From assembly GCA_963850305.1 (NCBI GenBank), contig CAWKKR010000008.1:1568001-1632000 (forward strand): a stretch of 64,000 bases of DNA. Reading direction: 5' to 3'. How positions within the stretch are numbered: position 1 is the first letter of the stretch; the number at the start of each line of letters is the position of its first letter. The notes under the pieces are model-generated. The model was not told where the DNA came from, made no database searches, and saw only the letters and a list, made by a program, of their open reading frames with translations. A program made the translations under genes and the position numbers. The DNA is from an uncultured delta proteobacterium. GTDB taxonomy: Bacteria; Myxococcota_A; Polyangia; Polyangiales; Polyangiaceae. Below are positions 11,170-22,008 of this stretch, piece by piece.

Positions 11170-11718
11170 CTAATAATCTCGGGTGCTCGCGTCCGCGGGT
11201 GCCGCGGGAACCGGGTTGGATGCGGTGACGCGAAGCTTGACGTCGGAGCATGTGTCGTTTCGGACGTCGAAGCTCGTCTTCGTCTGGCGTTCGACCGTGA
11301 ATTGATTTCCGGCGGCCGGGGCGGCTCCGCCGCCGAGGCTCGCGTCGTTCGACGTCGCAATCGGGTACGTATCGAACGCAAAGTCCGCGACGACCGATGC
11401 TGGTTGGCCCCCGAGGTCTTCCTCGAAGCGATACGTGCGGCCCGGCGGAAAGGGCAGAAAGGGTCCGCCGGGTCCGGAGCTCTCGTAAAAGGCGGCCGGG
11501 GTCCCCGCGTAGTAGGTGGTGCCACCCCTGAACACGATGGGAGGCTGGTTCGGGTCCCGATCGCATTGAGTGCCGCAGCCCGCGGTCGCAGCGAGGAGGG
11601 CCGCCAGCGTCGCGAGCGCGAAAACTCGAGCCCCGGAGCGCGCGGTTTCGATGAACGCAGGCAAGGCGCGCGGAGCATAAGGCGCGGCTTGCCCGCAGAT
11701 CAACGTGGGCCGTGGCAT
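11170..11718 (-). CDS. Putative lipoprotein, unknown function (start uncertain, ATG 11718 or TTG 11664)
   Basis: Hydrophobic stretch VFALATLAALLAATAG followed by lipobox Cys; C-terminal part of ORF 11170-12309. Confidence 0.6.
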   Translation of the reverse strand: MPRPTLICGQAAPYAPRALPAFIETARSGARVFALATLAALLAATAGCGTQCDRDPNQPPIVFRGGTTYYAGTPAAFYESSGPGGPFLPFPPGRTYRFEEDLGGQPASVVADFAFDTYPIATSNDASLGGGAAPAAGNQFTVERQTKTSFDVRNDTCSDVKLRVTASNPVPAAPADASTRDY

Positions 11719-11748
11719 CGCCGCGGTTTCACGATACGTTTTGGCCGA

Positions 11749-13260
11749 ATGGCGGCCGGAAAGGTTTGGCTCGTGGGCGCCGGCCCAGGCGACCCATCCC
11801 TGCTCACGGTCGCCGGCGTCGCGGCCCTGGGGCGTGCGGATGTCGTGCTCTACGACGCGCTCTCGCATCCGGCGCTCCTCGAGCTCGCTCGATCGGGCGC
11901 TGAGCTTCGTAGTGTGGGCAAGAGAGGGGGTCAGAAGAATCCCTCGCAGTCGTGGATCACCGAGGAGCTGATTCTCCTCGCGCGCGCGGGCAAGGCGGTC
12001 GTCCGGTTGAAGGGTGGGGATCCGCTGCTCTTCGCGCGCGGCGCGGAAGAAGCGGAAGCGCTTGCGGACGCCGGAATAGAATTCGAGATCGTGCCGGGTC
12101 TTGCGTCGCCAATGGCCGTCGCGGCGTACGCCGGCATTCCCCTGACGCACCGTGATCTGTCGTCGAGCGTGACGCTCATCACCGGAAGCGACCGCGAAGG
12201 CGTGGAATGGACTCCGGACGCCTGGCGCAAGCTCGCGACCGCGACGGACACCATCTGCATCCTCATGGGGATGCGCCGTCTCGGCGAGATTGCAGACGCC
12301 ATCGTGCATGGAGGACGGCCAGCCGAGACGCCCGTGGCCGTGGTTCAGTGGGGCGCGCGGCCCGAGCAGCGCGTCCTGGTTACGACCCTCGGCGATGTCG
12401 CCGCTGCGGTGAAGCGCGAGGGCCTCTCGAATCCAGCCATCGTCGTGGTGGGGGAGGTCGTTCGACTGCGCGAGAAGATCCGCTGGTACGACAACCGCCC
12501 GCTGTTCGGAAAACGTCTCCTCGTGCCGCGCGCGGCGCAGCAGGCTCGAGAGACGGCGATCGCCGTTCGCGCACGGGGTGCCGAGCCCGTGATCTTTCCG
12601 GTCATCGAGCTCGGCGATCCTCCGGACCCGGGGCCGCTCGAGCGCGCTGTCCGTTCACTGTCGTCCTATGACTGGGTGCTCTTCACCAGCGCCAACGGCG
12701 TGGCGCGCTTCTTCACCGCGCTCGGTGCGGCGGGTCTCGACGCGCGCGCCTTCGGAACGGCGCGCATCGCCGTGATCGGGCCGGGCACCGCGGCCGCCCT
12801 TGCCGCGCAGGGTCTTCGCGCGGACGTCGTCGCCAAGGAGTTCGTCGGCGAGGGTCTGTCGGCAGAGGTGCTCGCGAGGGGTGCGCGTCGCGCGTTGATT
12901 CCTCGCGCGCTCGTTGCCCGCGACGCGCTCCCCGAAGCGTTACGCGCCGCGGGAACCGTCGTCGATGTCGTTCCCGTCTACGCCACGAAGACCGTATCGG
13001 CTGAACGCCGGGCGGCGCTCGTCCAGGAGTTCGAGGCGGGTGGCATCGACGTCGTCCCGTTCACGTCGAGCTCCACCGTTCAAGGGGTGGTCGAGCTCCT
13101 CGGCGCCCGGGCCGTCCCGCTTCTCGCCGGCGTGGTCGTCGCCGCGATCGGCCCGATCACCGCCTCCGCACTGCGCGACAGGGGCATCCGGATCGACGTG
13201 CAAGCGAGCGAGTACACCGTTCCCGGCCTGCTCGATGCCGTCGAGAAGTACTTCGGGTAA
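11749..13260 (+). CDS. cobA: Uroporphyrinogen-III C-methyltransferase / uroporphyrinogen-III synthase fusion (CobA/HemD)
   Basis: KVWLVGAGPGDP, VRLKGGDP, AGIPLTHR, then HemD domain (WVLFTSANGV, FTSSSTV, AIGPITA). Confidence 0.95.
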   Translation: MAAGKVWLVGAGPGDPSLLTVAGVAALGRADVVLYDALSHPALLELARSGAELRSVGKRGGQKNPSQSWITEELILLARAGKAVVRLKGGDPLLFARGAEEAEALADAGIEFEIVPGLASPMAVAAYAGIPLTHRDLSSSVTLITGSDREGVEWTPDAWRKLATATDTICILMGMRRLGEIADAIVHGGRPAETPVAVVQWGARPEQRVLVTTLGDVAAAVKREGLSNPAIVVVGEVVRLREKIRWYDNRPLFGKRLLVPRAAQQARETAIAVRARGAEPVIFPVIELGDPPDPGPLERAVRSLSSYDWVLFTSANGVARFFTALGAAGLDARAFGTARIAVIGPGTAAALAAQGLRADVVAKEFVGEGLSAEVLARGARRALIPRALVARDALPEALRAAGTVVDVVPVYATKTVSAERRAALVQEFEAGGIDVVPFTSSSTVQGVVELLGARAVPLLAGVVVAAIGPITASALRDRGIRIDVQASEYTVPGLLDAVEKYFG

Positions 13261-13274
13261 ATGGATGAGCCCGC

Positions 13275-16181
13275 TCAGAACTCGATGCGCGCGACCGTGA
13301 ACTTGTTGTCGAGCGTGCGGTTCGTGATCTCCGTGAAGCTCTTCGGCTGGCCGAGTTCTCGCTTCAACGAGCCGATCCGCCCGGTTTCCGTGACGAAGTA
13401 CACGCGCCGGATGCCGTGCTTCTTCTGTTCGTCGACCCACTGCGTGAATCGTTCTCCGGATGAAACGAACGCCGGCACCTTGTTGCTGGTGTAGAAGTTC
13501 TCGCCCTTCCAGTTCATCTGGTACGCGACGAACGGCTGGTTCGGATTCGTTCGATCCCGGTAATAGGCGAGCGTGGTTTCACGCTGTCCCCAGTGGGGAG
13601 CGACGTTGTAGAAGTAAATGTCGATGCCCCACGCCGTCCAGACGGCGCCCGCGACGAAGAACAGGAGCATCGCGTGGGCGCGCCACCGGTTCACGGCGAG
13701 ACCGAGCGACAGTAGCGCCGCGGCGATCGTGAACCCCACGAGCGCTCCCGAGAAGTCGAGCGTGTCGGGCCACGGGCGACTGTAGTTGTACGTGAAGAGG
13801 TTCATCAGACGAAGCTGGCCCGGCAGGGCCGAACCCGGCGCGCCGCTGAACAGATCGCGACCGACGAGGCCCACGACGACGGCCGACGCGATGCCCAGCA
13901 CGGCGAGCATCGAGGCGTCGTAGCGTGCTCGAGGGTCCGCGCTCGGGGTCTCTCGCTCCGCGAAGCGACGCACGATCGCGATCACGATCGCCACACCCAT
14001 CACGATGCAAGCGACGCCGAGCGCCTTCGACGGCGGGTGACCGGTATACGCCGCGCCGTCCAGCTTGCTCGGGAACAGGCGCGCGATTCCGTAAACGAAG
14101 ACGAGGACGCCGAGGGTCCCGCCCGCGAGGTACCGCGGGAGCTTTCCCGCCCGGACCGGTATCGACTCACCGAGGAATCGGTTCGCGAGCACCGCCGCGA
14201 GTACGGCAATCGCGGGCACCAGCGGAAGGATGTAGTGATGGAACTTGGTCAGCGTGATCGTGAACATCCCGAACGCGGCCAGGAACCACACCATCATCAT
14301 CGACGCCGCTTCGCCGTGGCGGTCGCGCGAGACGTCCGAGCGGCGAAGCCACCAGAGGAGTCCGCCCGCGCCGAGACCCGTCCAGGGAAACAGCCCATAC
14401 CCGAGCTGCCAGACGTAATAACGGAAGCTCACATCGTCGCCCTGATTGGTGTCGTGCACGTGCTCGAACGCGCGCTTGTACATGTCGTGCATGATCAGCC
14501 GGTCGATGAACGGCGGACCGTGGCGCATGAACATCTGCACGTACCAGGGAAGTCCGACGCACGCCCCGACGAGCACCAGCGCCCCGAGCTCGAGTCGCGG
14601 CAGTTCGCTCCAGCGCCGTGTGACGGCGACGAAACCGAAAGCTGCCACGATCGGCAGGACCAGCCCGGGCGCGCCCTTGCCCATCATGCTGAGCGACATG
14701 AAATACCAGGCGCCGATGAAGTACGCTCGCTTGAGCCGCTGCTCGTGTCGCTCGACGTAGAGGAAAATGCCGGCGACGGTGCTCCAGAGCACGGCGGCTC
14801 CCATCGGCCATAGCTGCGGGTTCACCGCGTGGTCGGGGCGACACGCCTCGTTACCGGGAAGGCCGCAGTTGCCGCCGCCCGAGCCGGCGAAGAACTCGTC
14901 CATGTGGAAGCGGAAGCCCATCATCGTCGGACGGAGGTGGAGCGTCAGGTTCCGCGAAGCGAGGTACAGCACCTGCGGCAACACGCTCACGATGACCGCG
15001 CCGAGTACGAGGTGCATCGCGGAAACGCGGAACACCCTCGAGCCGATGCGAAGCTCGGTGAGACGCACGCGTTGCTCCGGGTCCGTGACGAAGCCGAGCA
15101 ACAGCAGCGACATCGCCGCGGTGAGCGGACCCGTGTAGGGCATGTCCGTCATCGTCTGGTGCGACAGGAAGAACCAGTACGGCATCGTCGTCAGGAGGAC
15201 GCCTGCCAGGAAGCCCGTCCGCCGCCCGAAGACGCGCGCCACGCTGCGGTAGAGCGCATAGACGCCGAGGATCGTGATGAGAAAGACGGGCATCCGCGCC
15301 GCCCATTCGGGCTGCGGAAAGAGGCCGTGGCTCGCGGCTCCGAGCATCTGGTCCGGCATGTACTTCACGCCGAGCAGCGAGAAGCTCATCGCCTGGATCC
15401 AGAAGTCGAGCACCGGTTTCGACCAGAACCAGCCGTCCTGCGCCCACCAGGTGGAGATCCAGTCGTCGCGGGCGAGCATCTCGCGCGACACCTCCCCGTA
15501 GTGTGTCTCCCAGGGATCGGTCAGCGAGTAGCTGCCCAGGAGCGGCAGATACAGCAGCACGATCAGCAGGATGAGCCAGAAGCCGTGACGCTCGAACAGG
15601 CTCCTGTCTCTGCCGTCTTCCTCGCGGAACGCACCGACGGAGCGTCCGAGACGATAGAACGCGCCGACGCAGCACATGAAGACCGACGGCACGAGGATCG
15701 CCGTGGTCACGATCTGCTTCGGGAGCACGCCCGCGACCGCCAGCGCCAGGATCACGAACAGGACCGTCACGGCGATGCCGAACTCGCCGAGCCGCTTGAA
15801 GAGGGTTCGCGCTTCCGTGTGGAAGGCGACGCGGGCTTCATCTCCGTCGAACGCACCCATGGCATCGAGGATGCCGAGCGCGGAGACGACGCACGCGATG
15901 AACCCTATCGGGATGCTGAAGCGCCAGTGGCGCTCCGTGCACATGATGAGAAAAGGGATGGCTGCCGCCGCGGCCGCGACGAGCCCCGAGACGCCCCGGC
16001 GGGCAATGTCGTGCCGAGGCAACTTCGCGCTCGTCGGACCTTTCCGTTCCGCGGCGTCACGATTCGTCGCGTCCGGCCGGCTCGCAACGGGACCGGCACC
16101 GCTCGGCGCGTCTTCGGTGCGGCCGCCTTCGGTCGAAGAGGGTGCGTCCGAGCTCACCGCTCGCGCCGTATCGTCCGCCAT
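13275..16181 (-). CDS. ArnT/PMT-like (GT-C) polytopic membrane glycosyltransferase
   Basis: DPWETHYGEVSREM, FWSKPVL, WAARMP, TKFHHYILP motifs; many TM segments. Confidence 0.85.
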   Translation of the reverse strand: MADDTARAVSSDAPSSTEGGRTEDAPSGAGPVASRPDATNRDAAERKGPTSAKLPRHDIARRGVSGLVAAAAAAIPFLIMCTERHWRFSIPIGFIACVVSALGILDAMGAFDGDEARVAFHTEARTLFKRLGEFGIAVTVLFVILALAVAGVLPKQIVTTAILVPSVFMCCVGAFYRLGRSVGAFREEDGRDRSLFERHGFWLILLIVLLYLPLLGSYSLTDPWETHYGEVSREMLARDDWISTWWAQDGWFWSKPVLDFWIQAMSFSLLGVKYMPDQMLGAASHGLFPQPEWAARMPVFLITILGVYALYRSVARVFGRRTGFLAGVLLTTMPYWFFLSHQTMTDMPYTGPLTAAMSLLLLGFVTDPEQRVRLTELRIGSRVFRVSAMHLVLGAVIVSVLPQVLYLASRNLTLHLRPTMMGFRFHMDEFFAGSGGGNCGLPGNEACRPDHAVNPQLWPMGAAVLWSTVAGIFLYVERHEQRLKRAYFIGAWYFMSLSMMGKGAPGLVLPIVAAFGFVAVTRRWSELPRLELGALVLVGACVGLPWYVQMFMRHGPPFIDRLIMHDMYKRAFEHVHDTNQGDDVSFRYYVWQLGYGLFPWTGLGAGGLLWWLRRSDVSRDRHGEAASMMMVWFLAAFGMFTITLTKFHHYILPLVPAIAVLAAVLANRFLGESIPVRAGKLPRYLAGGTLGVLVFVYGIARLFPSKLDGAAYTGHPPSKALGVACIVMGVAIVIAIVRRFAERETPSADPRARYDASMLAVLGIASAVVVGLVGRDLFSGAPGSALPGQLRLMNLFTYNYSRPWPDTLDFSGALVGFTIAAALLSLGLAVNRWRAHAMLLFFVAGAVWTAWGIDIYFYNVAPHWGQRETTLAYYRDRTNPNQPFVAYQMNWKGENFYTSNKVPAFVSSGERFTQWVDEQKKHGIRRVYFVTETGRIGSLKRELGQPKSFTEITNRTLDNKFTVARIEF

Positions 16182-16270
16182 GGGGCGGCCCGTTCTTCGC
16201 ATTTCTCGGGGGGGTGCGCCAGCACGGAGTCACGCGCGGGCACGGCATTTCTTCCGTCGAGAAGTCCGGT

Positions 16271-19090
16271 TCAGCGGCTTTTCAGCTCATCGACGAGTCC
16301 GCGTTCGTCTTCCAGACGGTCGCGCTGGCGCTCGAGCGCCGCCTTCTGCTCGCGCGCCTGCAGAACGACGTCCGCGGGTGCGTTATTCGTGAACTTGGGA
16401 TCGAGGAGCCGCTTTTCGAGGACCGGCAGGTCCTTGTCGATCTTCTTCAGCGTCCGCTCGATGCGCTCGCTTTCCTTGTCCGCGTCGACCAGGCCCTTCA
16501 ACCCGACCAGCACTTCCACGTCGTTGACGACGGACGGGACGAAACCGGGCGGACGACCGCCTTGCCCTTCGATCGCGGGCGCGCCGTCGGTCTTGACCAG
16601 TGTAGCGATGGCGCGCGCTTCTCGTGCGAGGAGCGCTTTCACGATCGCATCGGGTGTCCGGAGCACGAGTGGAACGGCGGCCCCCGGATGCACGTCGTGC
16701 TCGCTCCGTATCGCGCGAGCCGCGGACACGATCTCCAGTACGAGCGTCATCTCTCGCTCCGCGACTGCGTCGGCACGGCCGTCCGCGCTCGTCGGATAGG
16801 GAGCCAACGCGATCGTCTCGGGTCGCGAAGCGGGCTTCGGCACGCGCTGCCAGAGCTCCTCCGTCATGAACGGGATGTACGGATGCAGCGCGCGAAGCGC
16901 CGTCTCGATCACGTGCGCGAACGTGTCGCGCGTCTCGAAGCGATCTTCATCCGGACCGTTCGCGAAGATGGGCTTCGTCAGCTCGAGGTAGCCGCTGCAG
17001 AGCTCGTCCCAGAAGAAGTGGTAGAGCGCCTGCGAGGCTTCGTCGAGGCGGAAAGCGTCGATGCCCGTCGTGCTCGCCTCCACGGCGCTCGCGAGCCGCG
17101 AGAAAATCCAGCGATTCACGAGCAGCTTCGGCGACGCGGGCGGTGCGCCCGTGAGCGCCGCGCCCTCGACGTTGCCGAGCGCGAAGCGGATCGCGTTGTA
17201 GACCTTGTTGCAGAAGTGCCGGTATCCCTCGATCCGCTTCGGCGAGAGCGCGATGCGGCGCGCCTGGGGAGAATAACTGCACAGCGTGAGGCGCACCGCG
17301 TCCGCGCCGTAAGCCGGGAAGCCCTTCCCCATCTGCGCGGCCGACGGATAAGCCTTCTTGAACTTCGCGAACGCTTCCTCGACGCGGCGCGCCGGGCAGG
17401 GCTTTTTGCACGACCGAGTCGAAGTCCGCGCCGTGGATGAGATCGAGCGGGTCGATCGACGTTGCCCTTCACCTTGCTCATCTTCTCGCCGGTCTCGTCG
17501 ACGACGAGTCCGTTCAGGAGGACGCGCCGGAACGGCACTTCGCCCATGAAGTGGAGCCCCATCATCATCATGCGCGCGACCCAGAAGAAGAGGATGTCGT
17601 AGCCGGTCTCGACATGTCGCTCGCCGGGTAGAAGCTTCGCGAGCGCCGGCGTCTCGTCGGGCCAGCCGAGCGTCGAGAACGGCCAGAGCCCGCTCGAGAA
17701 CCAGGTGTCGAGCACGTCGGGATCCTGCTCCACCCGCGCGCTCCCGCACTCCTCGCAGCTTGCCACCGACTCTTCTCGCGTGACCATGTAATGCGAGCAG
17801 TCCTTGCAGTGGAACGCCGGGATCCGGTGGCCCCACCAGAGCTGGCGCGAGATGCACCAGTCCAGGATGTTCGCGAGGAAGTGGTCGTACGTCTTCACCC
17901 ACTCTTCGGGAAGGATCGCGTCCGGCCGTCCTTGACGGCGGCGAGCGCGGGTCCGGCGAGCGGCTCCATCTTCACGAACCACTGCGTCGAGATCATCGGC
18001 TCGACCACGCGTCCCGAGCGCTGGCACCGCGGCAGCGTCAGCTGGTGCGGCTTCGTGCCGCGCGCGAGGCCGAGCTCTGTCGAGCGCCTTCTTCACCGCC
18101 TTCCGCGCCTGGAAGCGGTCGAGCCCTGCGAACTGCCCGCCGACGGCGTTCATCGTGCCGTCGAGGTTCAGGATGTTGATCTCCTCGAGCCCGTGGCGCT
18201 TGCCGGTCGCGAAGTCGTTGAAGTCGTGCGCCGGCGTCACCTTCACCGCGCCGGTGCCGAAGTTCATGTCGACGAGGATCGCGTCGGTGATGATCGGGAT
18301 CTCGCGGCCCGAGAACGGATGGACGGAGCTTCTTGCCGTGGAGATGCCTGTAGCGCGGATCGTCGGGGTGCACGGCGACCGCGGTGTCGCCGAGCATCGT
18401 CTCGGGGCGCGTCGTGGCGACGACGAGTTCCGTCGCTCCCGCGCTCGCGTCGGCGTCCGTCGACGGGATAGGCGAACTCGAACAGCTCGCCCGTTGGCGT
18501 TCTCTTCGTTCTCGACCTCGAGGTCGGAGAGCGACCGTCTGCGCCTCGACATCCAGTTGATGAGCCGCGTCGCGCGGTAGATGAGCCCTTCCTCGTGGAG
18601 CCGCACGAACGCCTCGCGCACCGCGCGCGACAGGTCCGGGTCCATCGTGAACTTCATGCGGTCCCAGTCGGCCGAGCAGCCGAGCACTGCGCTGCTCGAG
18701 CGATGCGCCCGCCGCTCTCGTTGCTTCCACGCCCCACACGCGCTCGAGGAACGCCTCGCGTCCGAGGTCGTGCCGCGTCTTGCCCTCGCGCTTGAGCTGC
18801 CGCTCGACGACGGTCTGCGTCGCGATGCCGGCGTGGTCGATCCCGGGCTGCCAGAGCACGTTGTAGCCGCGCATGCGCTGGTGGCGCACGAGCACGTCCT
18901 CGATCGTCCCGAACAGCGCGTGGCCCATGTGGAGCGACCCCGTCACGTTCGGCGGCGGCATCGGGATGACGTAGGTCGGTCGGGCGTCATCCGGGGCGAC
19001 GCTGGCTCGAAATACGCCTCGGTCCGCCCAGAACGCGAACCAGCGAGCTTCGACCTCGGCCGGCTCGTACGCTTTCGGCAGTTCGTCCAT
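16271..19090 (-). CDS. valS: Valyl-tRNA synthetase (several frameshifts in this sequence)
   Basis: PPPNVTGSLHMGHA, GTGAVKVTPAHD, DWCISRQLWWGH, DVLDTWFSS, KMSK motifs and C-terminal coiled coil, spread over ORFs 18038-19090, 17116-18687 and 16271-17902. Confidence 0.95.
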
Positions 19091-19147
19091 CGGGGCGAGA
19101 AGCTAGGGCGCTTTCTGCTCCCAGGGAATGGACTTCTCGTGCGCTCT

Positions 19148-20012
19148 CTACTCGCTCGTCAGCCGGCGTAGCTCTTCTTTGATGAGCGTCTCCGCGAGAA
19201 CCGGGACGACTTCCCACACGACCCGTTCGACCACTTCGCGCGAAAGCGCGAGGACACCATCGACCTGTGTCGGAGTGAGACCGAGAGCCTCCAGCTTGCC
19301 GCCGAGCTGGCCGTTGCCCGCCGCTACGGCCGAAGCGACGGCGCCCGCTGCTGCTGCTGGAGCCGTCGCGGGCGTGACCTTGGCTGGAACCGCTTGCCTC
19401 GCCGGAACCTGCGGGACGACCGAATCCGCCTGAATGGGCAAGGCGTGGACCCGCAGCGGAGACCCCGGGCTTCGGCGTGGCCGCGGGCGTTCCCGTGAGT
19501 GTTCTCGTGGCGGCTGCTGGCGCCGCCGGGCTCGGCGCGGGCTGGGTGGCCGCGACGGTGCCGTATGCGAGCGTCTGGGTTCGGGCCCGCTCGGCGGCCA
19601 GCACCGAGGCCGGCGGCGCGACGGCTTGCGGTGCGACGGCTGCGGCACGGGGCTGGCTCAACACCTGCCCGACCTTGTCGAGCAGCTTCTGCGTGTCGAA
19701 CGGCTTGTCCATGAAGTCATCGACGCCGGTCGCAGCGCCGCGCGCCTTGTCGTAAGGAGCGAGCTTGCTCGAGAGGATCAGAATCGCCACGCTGGGCACG
19801 GCGGACTTGAGCTCGCGGGCCAGGTCATAGCCGCTCATGTCCGGGAGCGTGTGATCGAGGAGGACGAGGTTCGGACGCTGGGCCTTCGCGAGCGCCAGCG
19901 CTTCCTGGCCGCTCGAGGCGAGGATGGTCTTGAAATTTTCGCCAGCGAAGGTGATTTCGAGCACCTTCCGCATCGTGACGCTGTCGTCTACTGCCAACAG
20001 AGTGGTCGTCAC
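19148..20012 (-). CDS. romR: RomR-like polarity response regulator (one frameshift near 19450-19480)
   Basis: N-terminal receiver (AVDDSVTMRKV, KPFD), Pro/Ala-rich linker, C-terminal ALSREVVERVVWEVVPVLAETLIKEELRRL resembling the RomR C-terminal motif; upstream of valS. Confidence 0.8.
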
Positions 20013-20142
20013 AGGGCGCCTCCGCGAGAGAACGGCATCATCAGTTTGTTACCCGAGATCTGTCAAGGTTTGGCCGGGCGCGCTTCCCGGCTCCAGAAAC
20101 GCCATACTAAGCCACCTTCCGTCGATACCGGCAGTGAATTAC

Positions 20143-20940
20143 TCACCTGACGATGAACCAGCGTACGCCGGGTCGGATCTCGACGTGGAAGTGATTTCGG
20201 TGCGGGAAGTCGTGGTCGGGCGACAAGAGAACGTTGAAGAGTCGAGCCTCGGCCGCGCCGCAGTAGATGTCGCGGAGCTCGCGCGCCTGCGGCGTGTCGG
20301 GCGACGGCGAAGCCGCGCCGGGGCCGCACGGGACCGAGCCAATCCGCCCATGAAAGTCCTTTTCGACGTCGAGCGCCGTCCCGTCCGACTTCTTGAAGAG
20401 CCGCAAATCCGCCGCGAGCCCGCCGAGGTGCGCCGTGCCGAATTTCTCCTGCGGCCATCCCTTGGACGGGGGGCGCCACGCCGAGAATATCCGAACCTCG
20501 TCGATTCCGTGCGCCGTCAGCCTCGGCCCGAGCTCGGCGAGCGCGACCACCAGGCGGCAGTCGAAGACCTCGTAGGGGACGCTTGCCCGGCGGGAGTCCG
20601 GATAATCGGTTCGATACACGACGCCGCCGACGGGTCCCACCAGTCGCACGGGGTTCTCGACGCCCGGCGACGGCGCTCCCTTACGGAAGTGAATGCCTCG
20701 TCTCTCGAGCTCCCCGAGGCATCCGGTCGGAGTCAACGCGCCAATCCGGCACGCCGGCGACTCCGCCGCGTCCTTCGGAAACTCGGGCTGCTTTCCGCGG
20801 GGTCTCCGCCTGTGAGGAGCAGACACGGCCGAAAAGCCACTGAAGAGGAGAACGAGGGCCGTGCCGAGCGCGGCCTGGCGCCGCCGCCGCCGGAAAATGG
20901 CTCGCATTGACGAGCGGGCTCGAAAGGGTAAGAGTTTCAT
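20143..20940 (-). CDS. Extensin-like C-terminal domain protein (start 20940 or 20907)
   Basis: Signal-like N-terminus; DCRLVVAL, AHLGGLAADL, FNVLLSPD...HRNHFHVE motifs. Confidence 0.7.
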   Translation of the reverse strand: MKLLPFRARSSMRAIFRRRRRQAALGTALVLLFSGFSAVSAPHRRRPRGKQPEFPKDAAESPACRIGALTPTGCLGELERRGIHFRKGAPSPGVENPVRLVGPVGGVVYRTDYPDSRRASVPYEVFDCRLVVALAELGPRLTAHGIDEVRIFSAWRPPSKGWPQEKFGTAHLGGLAADLRLFKKSDGTALDVEKDFHGRIGSVPCGPGAASPSPDTPQARELRDIYCGAAEARLFNVLLSPDHDFPHRNHFHVEIRPGVRWFIVR

Positions 20941-20943
20941 GTC

Positions 20944-21978
20944 GTGACCGGTCTCTCGAGGAGAGAGCGTGCGATCCTGAGTGCCGTCGTGACCGAGTTC
21001 ACCGCGACGGGTGAACCGGTCGCGAGCCGAACGCTCGCGAAAAAATACGGTCTCGACCTCTCGCCGGCGACGATTCGCAACGTTTTGGCGGATTTGGAGG
21101 AGGCAGGGTACCTCACGCAGCCGCATTCGTCCGCCGGCCGCCTCCCGACCGAAGCGGCTTTTCGGCTCTTCATAGACGCCCTGCTGCGGCTCCGGCAGAT
21201 CTCCGTCGATGACGCGTCGAAGATCGCCGGTTGGTTCGGAGAGCTTCCACCCGGCGCCGACATCTTTCGCGGGGCTGGCCGTCTGCTCAGCGACATGACG
21301 GGTGCCGCCGCGGTTCTCGTTCGCTCACGGGTTCCGGAGCGCACGCTCTCCACGATGCGGTTCCTTCGGACGCGCCCGGGTGAGTTGCTCGGTGTCATCG
21401 TGCTCTCGGACGGTACGGTGGAAAACCGATTCATCCAAGTCGAGGTCGCCCCGACCGACCGAGAGCTCGAGAGACTTCACAACATGCTGGAGGAGGTCGT
21501 CGATGGCAGGACGCTCTCGGTCGTGCGCGACTATTTCGCCGGCGAGGTGAACGAACGCCGCGATGAGCTCTCGAACCTGAGACGGATGGGCGTCTCGCTG
21601 CTCGAAGCTGCCATCGACGCGCCCGATCAGCGTCCTCACGTGATCATCGAAGGCCGCGCACGGCTCCTCGCGAATCCCGAGTTCGACACGACGGAGCGCT
21701 TGCGCGACGTCATTCGCGCGCTCGAAGAGCGCGAGCGCCTCGTCGAGCTACTCGATCGCACCATCGAGACGGACCACGTGCAGGTCCTGCTGGGCGGCGA
21801 AACGGAACGGCGCGTCGGCGTTCCGGTGAGCGTCGTCTCGGCGCCCTATCAGGCCGATGGGCGTCCCGGCGGCGCGGTCGGCGTCATCGGCCCGGTCGCG
21901 ATGGATTTCCCAGCGGTGATCCCCGTCGTGCAGGCCACGGCGGAGGCCATGAGCGCCGCACTCTCTCGTCCGCGGTGA
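20944..21978 (+). CDS. hrcA: Heat-inducible transcription repressor HrcA
   Basis: GEPVASRTL, LSPATIRNVLADLEEAGYLTQPHSSAGRLPT, GAVGVIGP. Confidence 0.95.
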   Translation: MTGLSRRERAILSAVVTEFTATGEPVASRTLAKKYGLDLSPATIRNVLADLEEAGYLTQPHSSAGRLPTEAAFRLFIDALLRLRQISVDDASKIAGWFGELPPGADIFRGAGRLLSDMTGAAAVLVRSRVPERTLSTMRFLRTRPGELLGVIVLSDGTVENRFIQVEVAPTDRELERLHNMLEEVVDGRTLSVVRDYFAGEVNERRDELSNLRRMGVSLLEAAIDAPDQRPHVIIEGRARLLANPEFDTTERLRDVIRALEERERLVELLDRTIETDHVQVLLGGETERRVGVPVSVVSAPYQADGRPGGAVGVIGPVAMDFPAVIPVVQATAEAMSAALSRPR

Positions 21979-22008
21979 GTCTGCTCGCGCTCTCGTGCGG
22001 AGCGGGTC

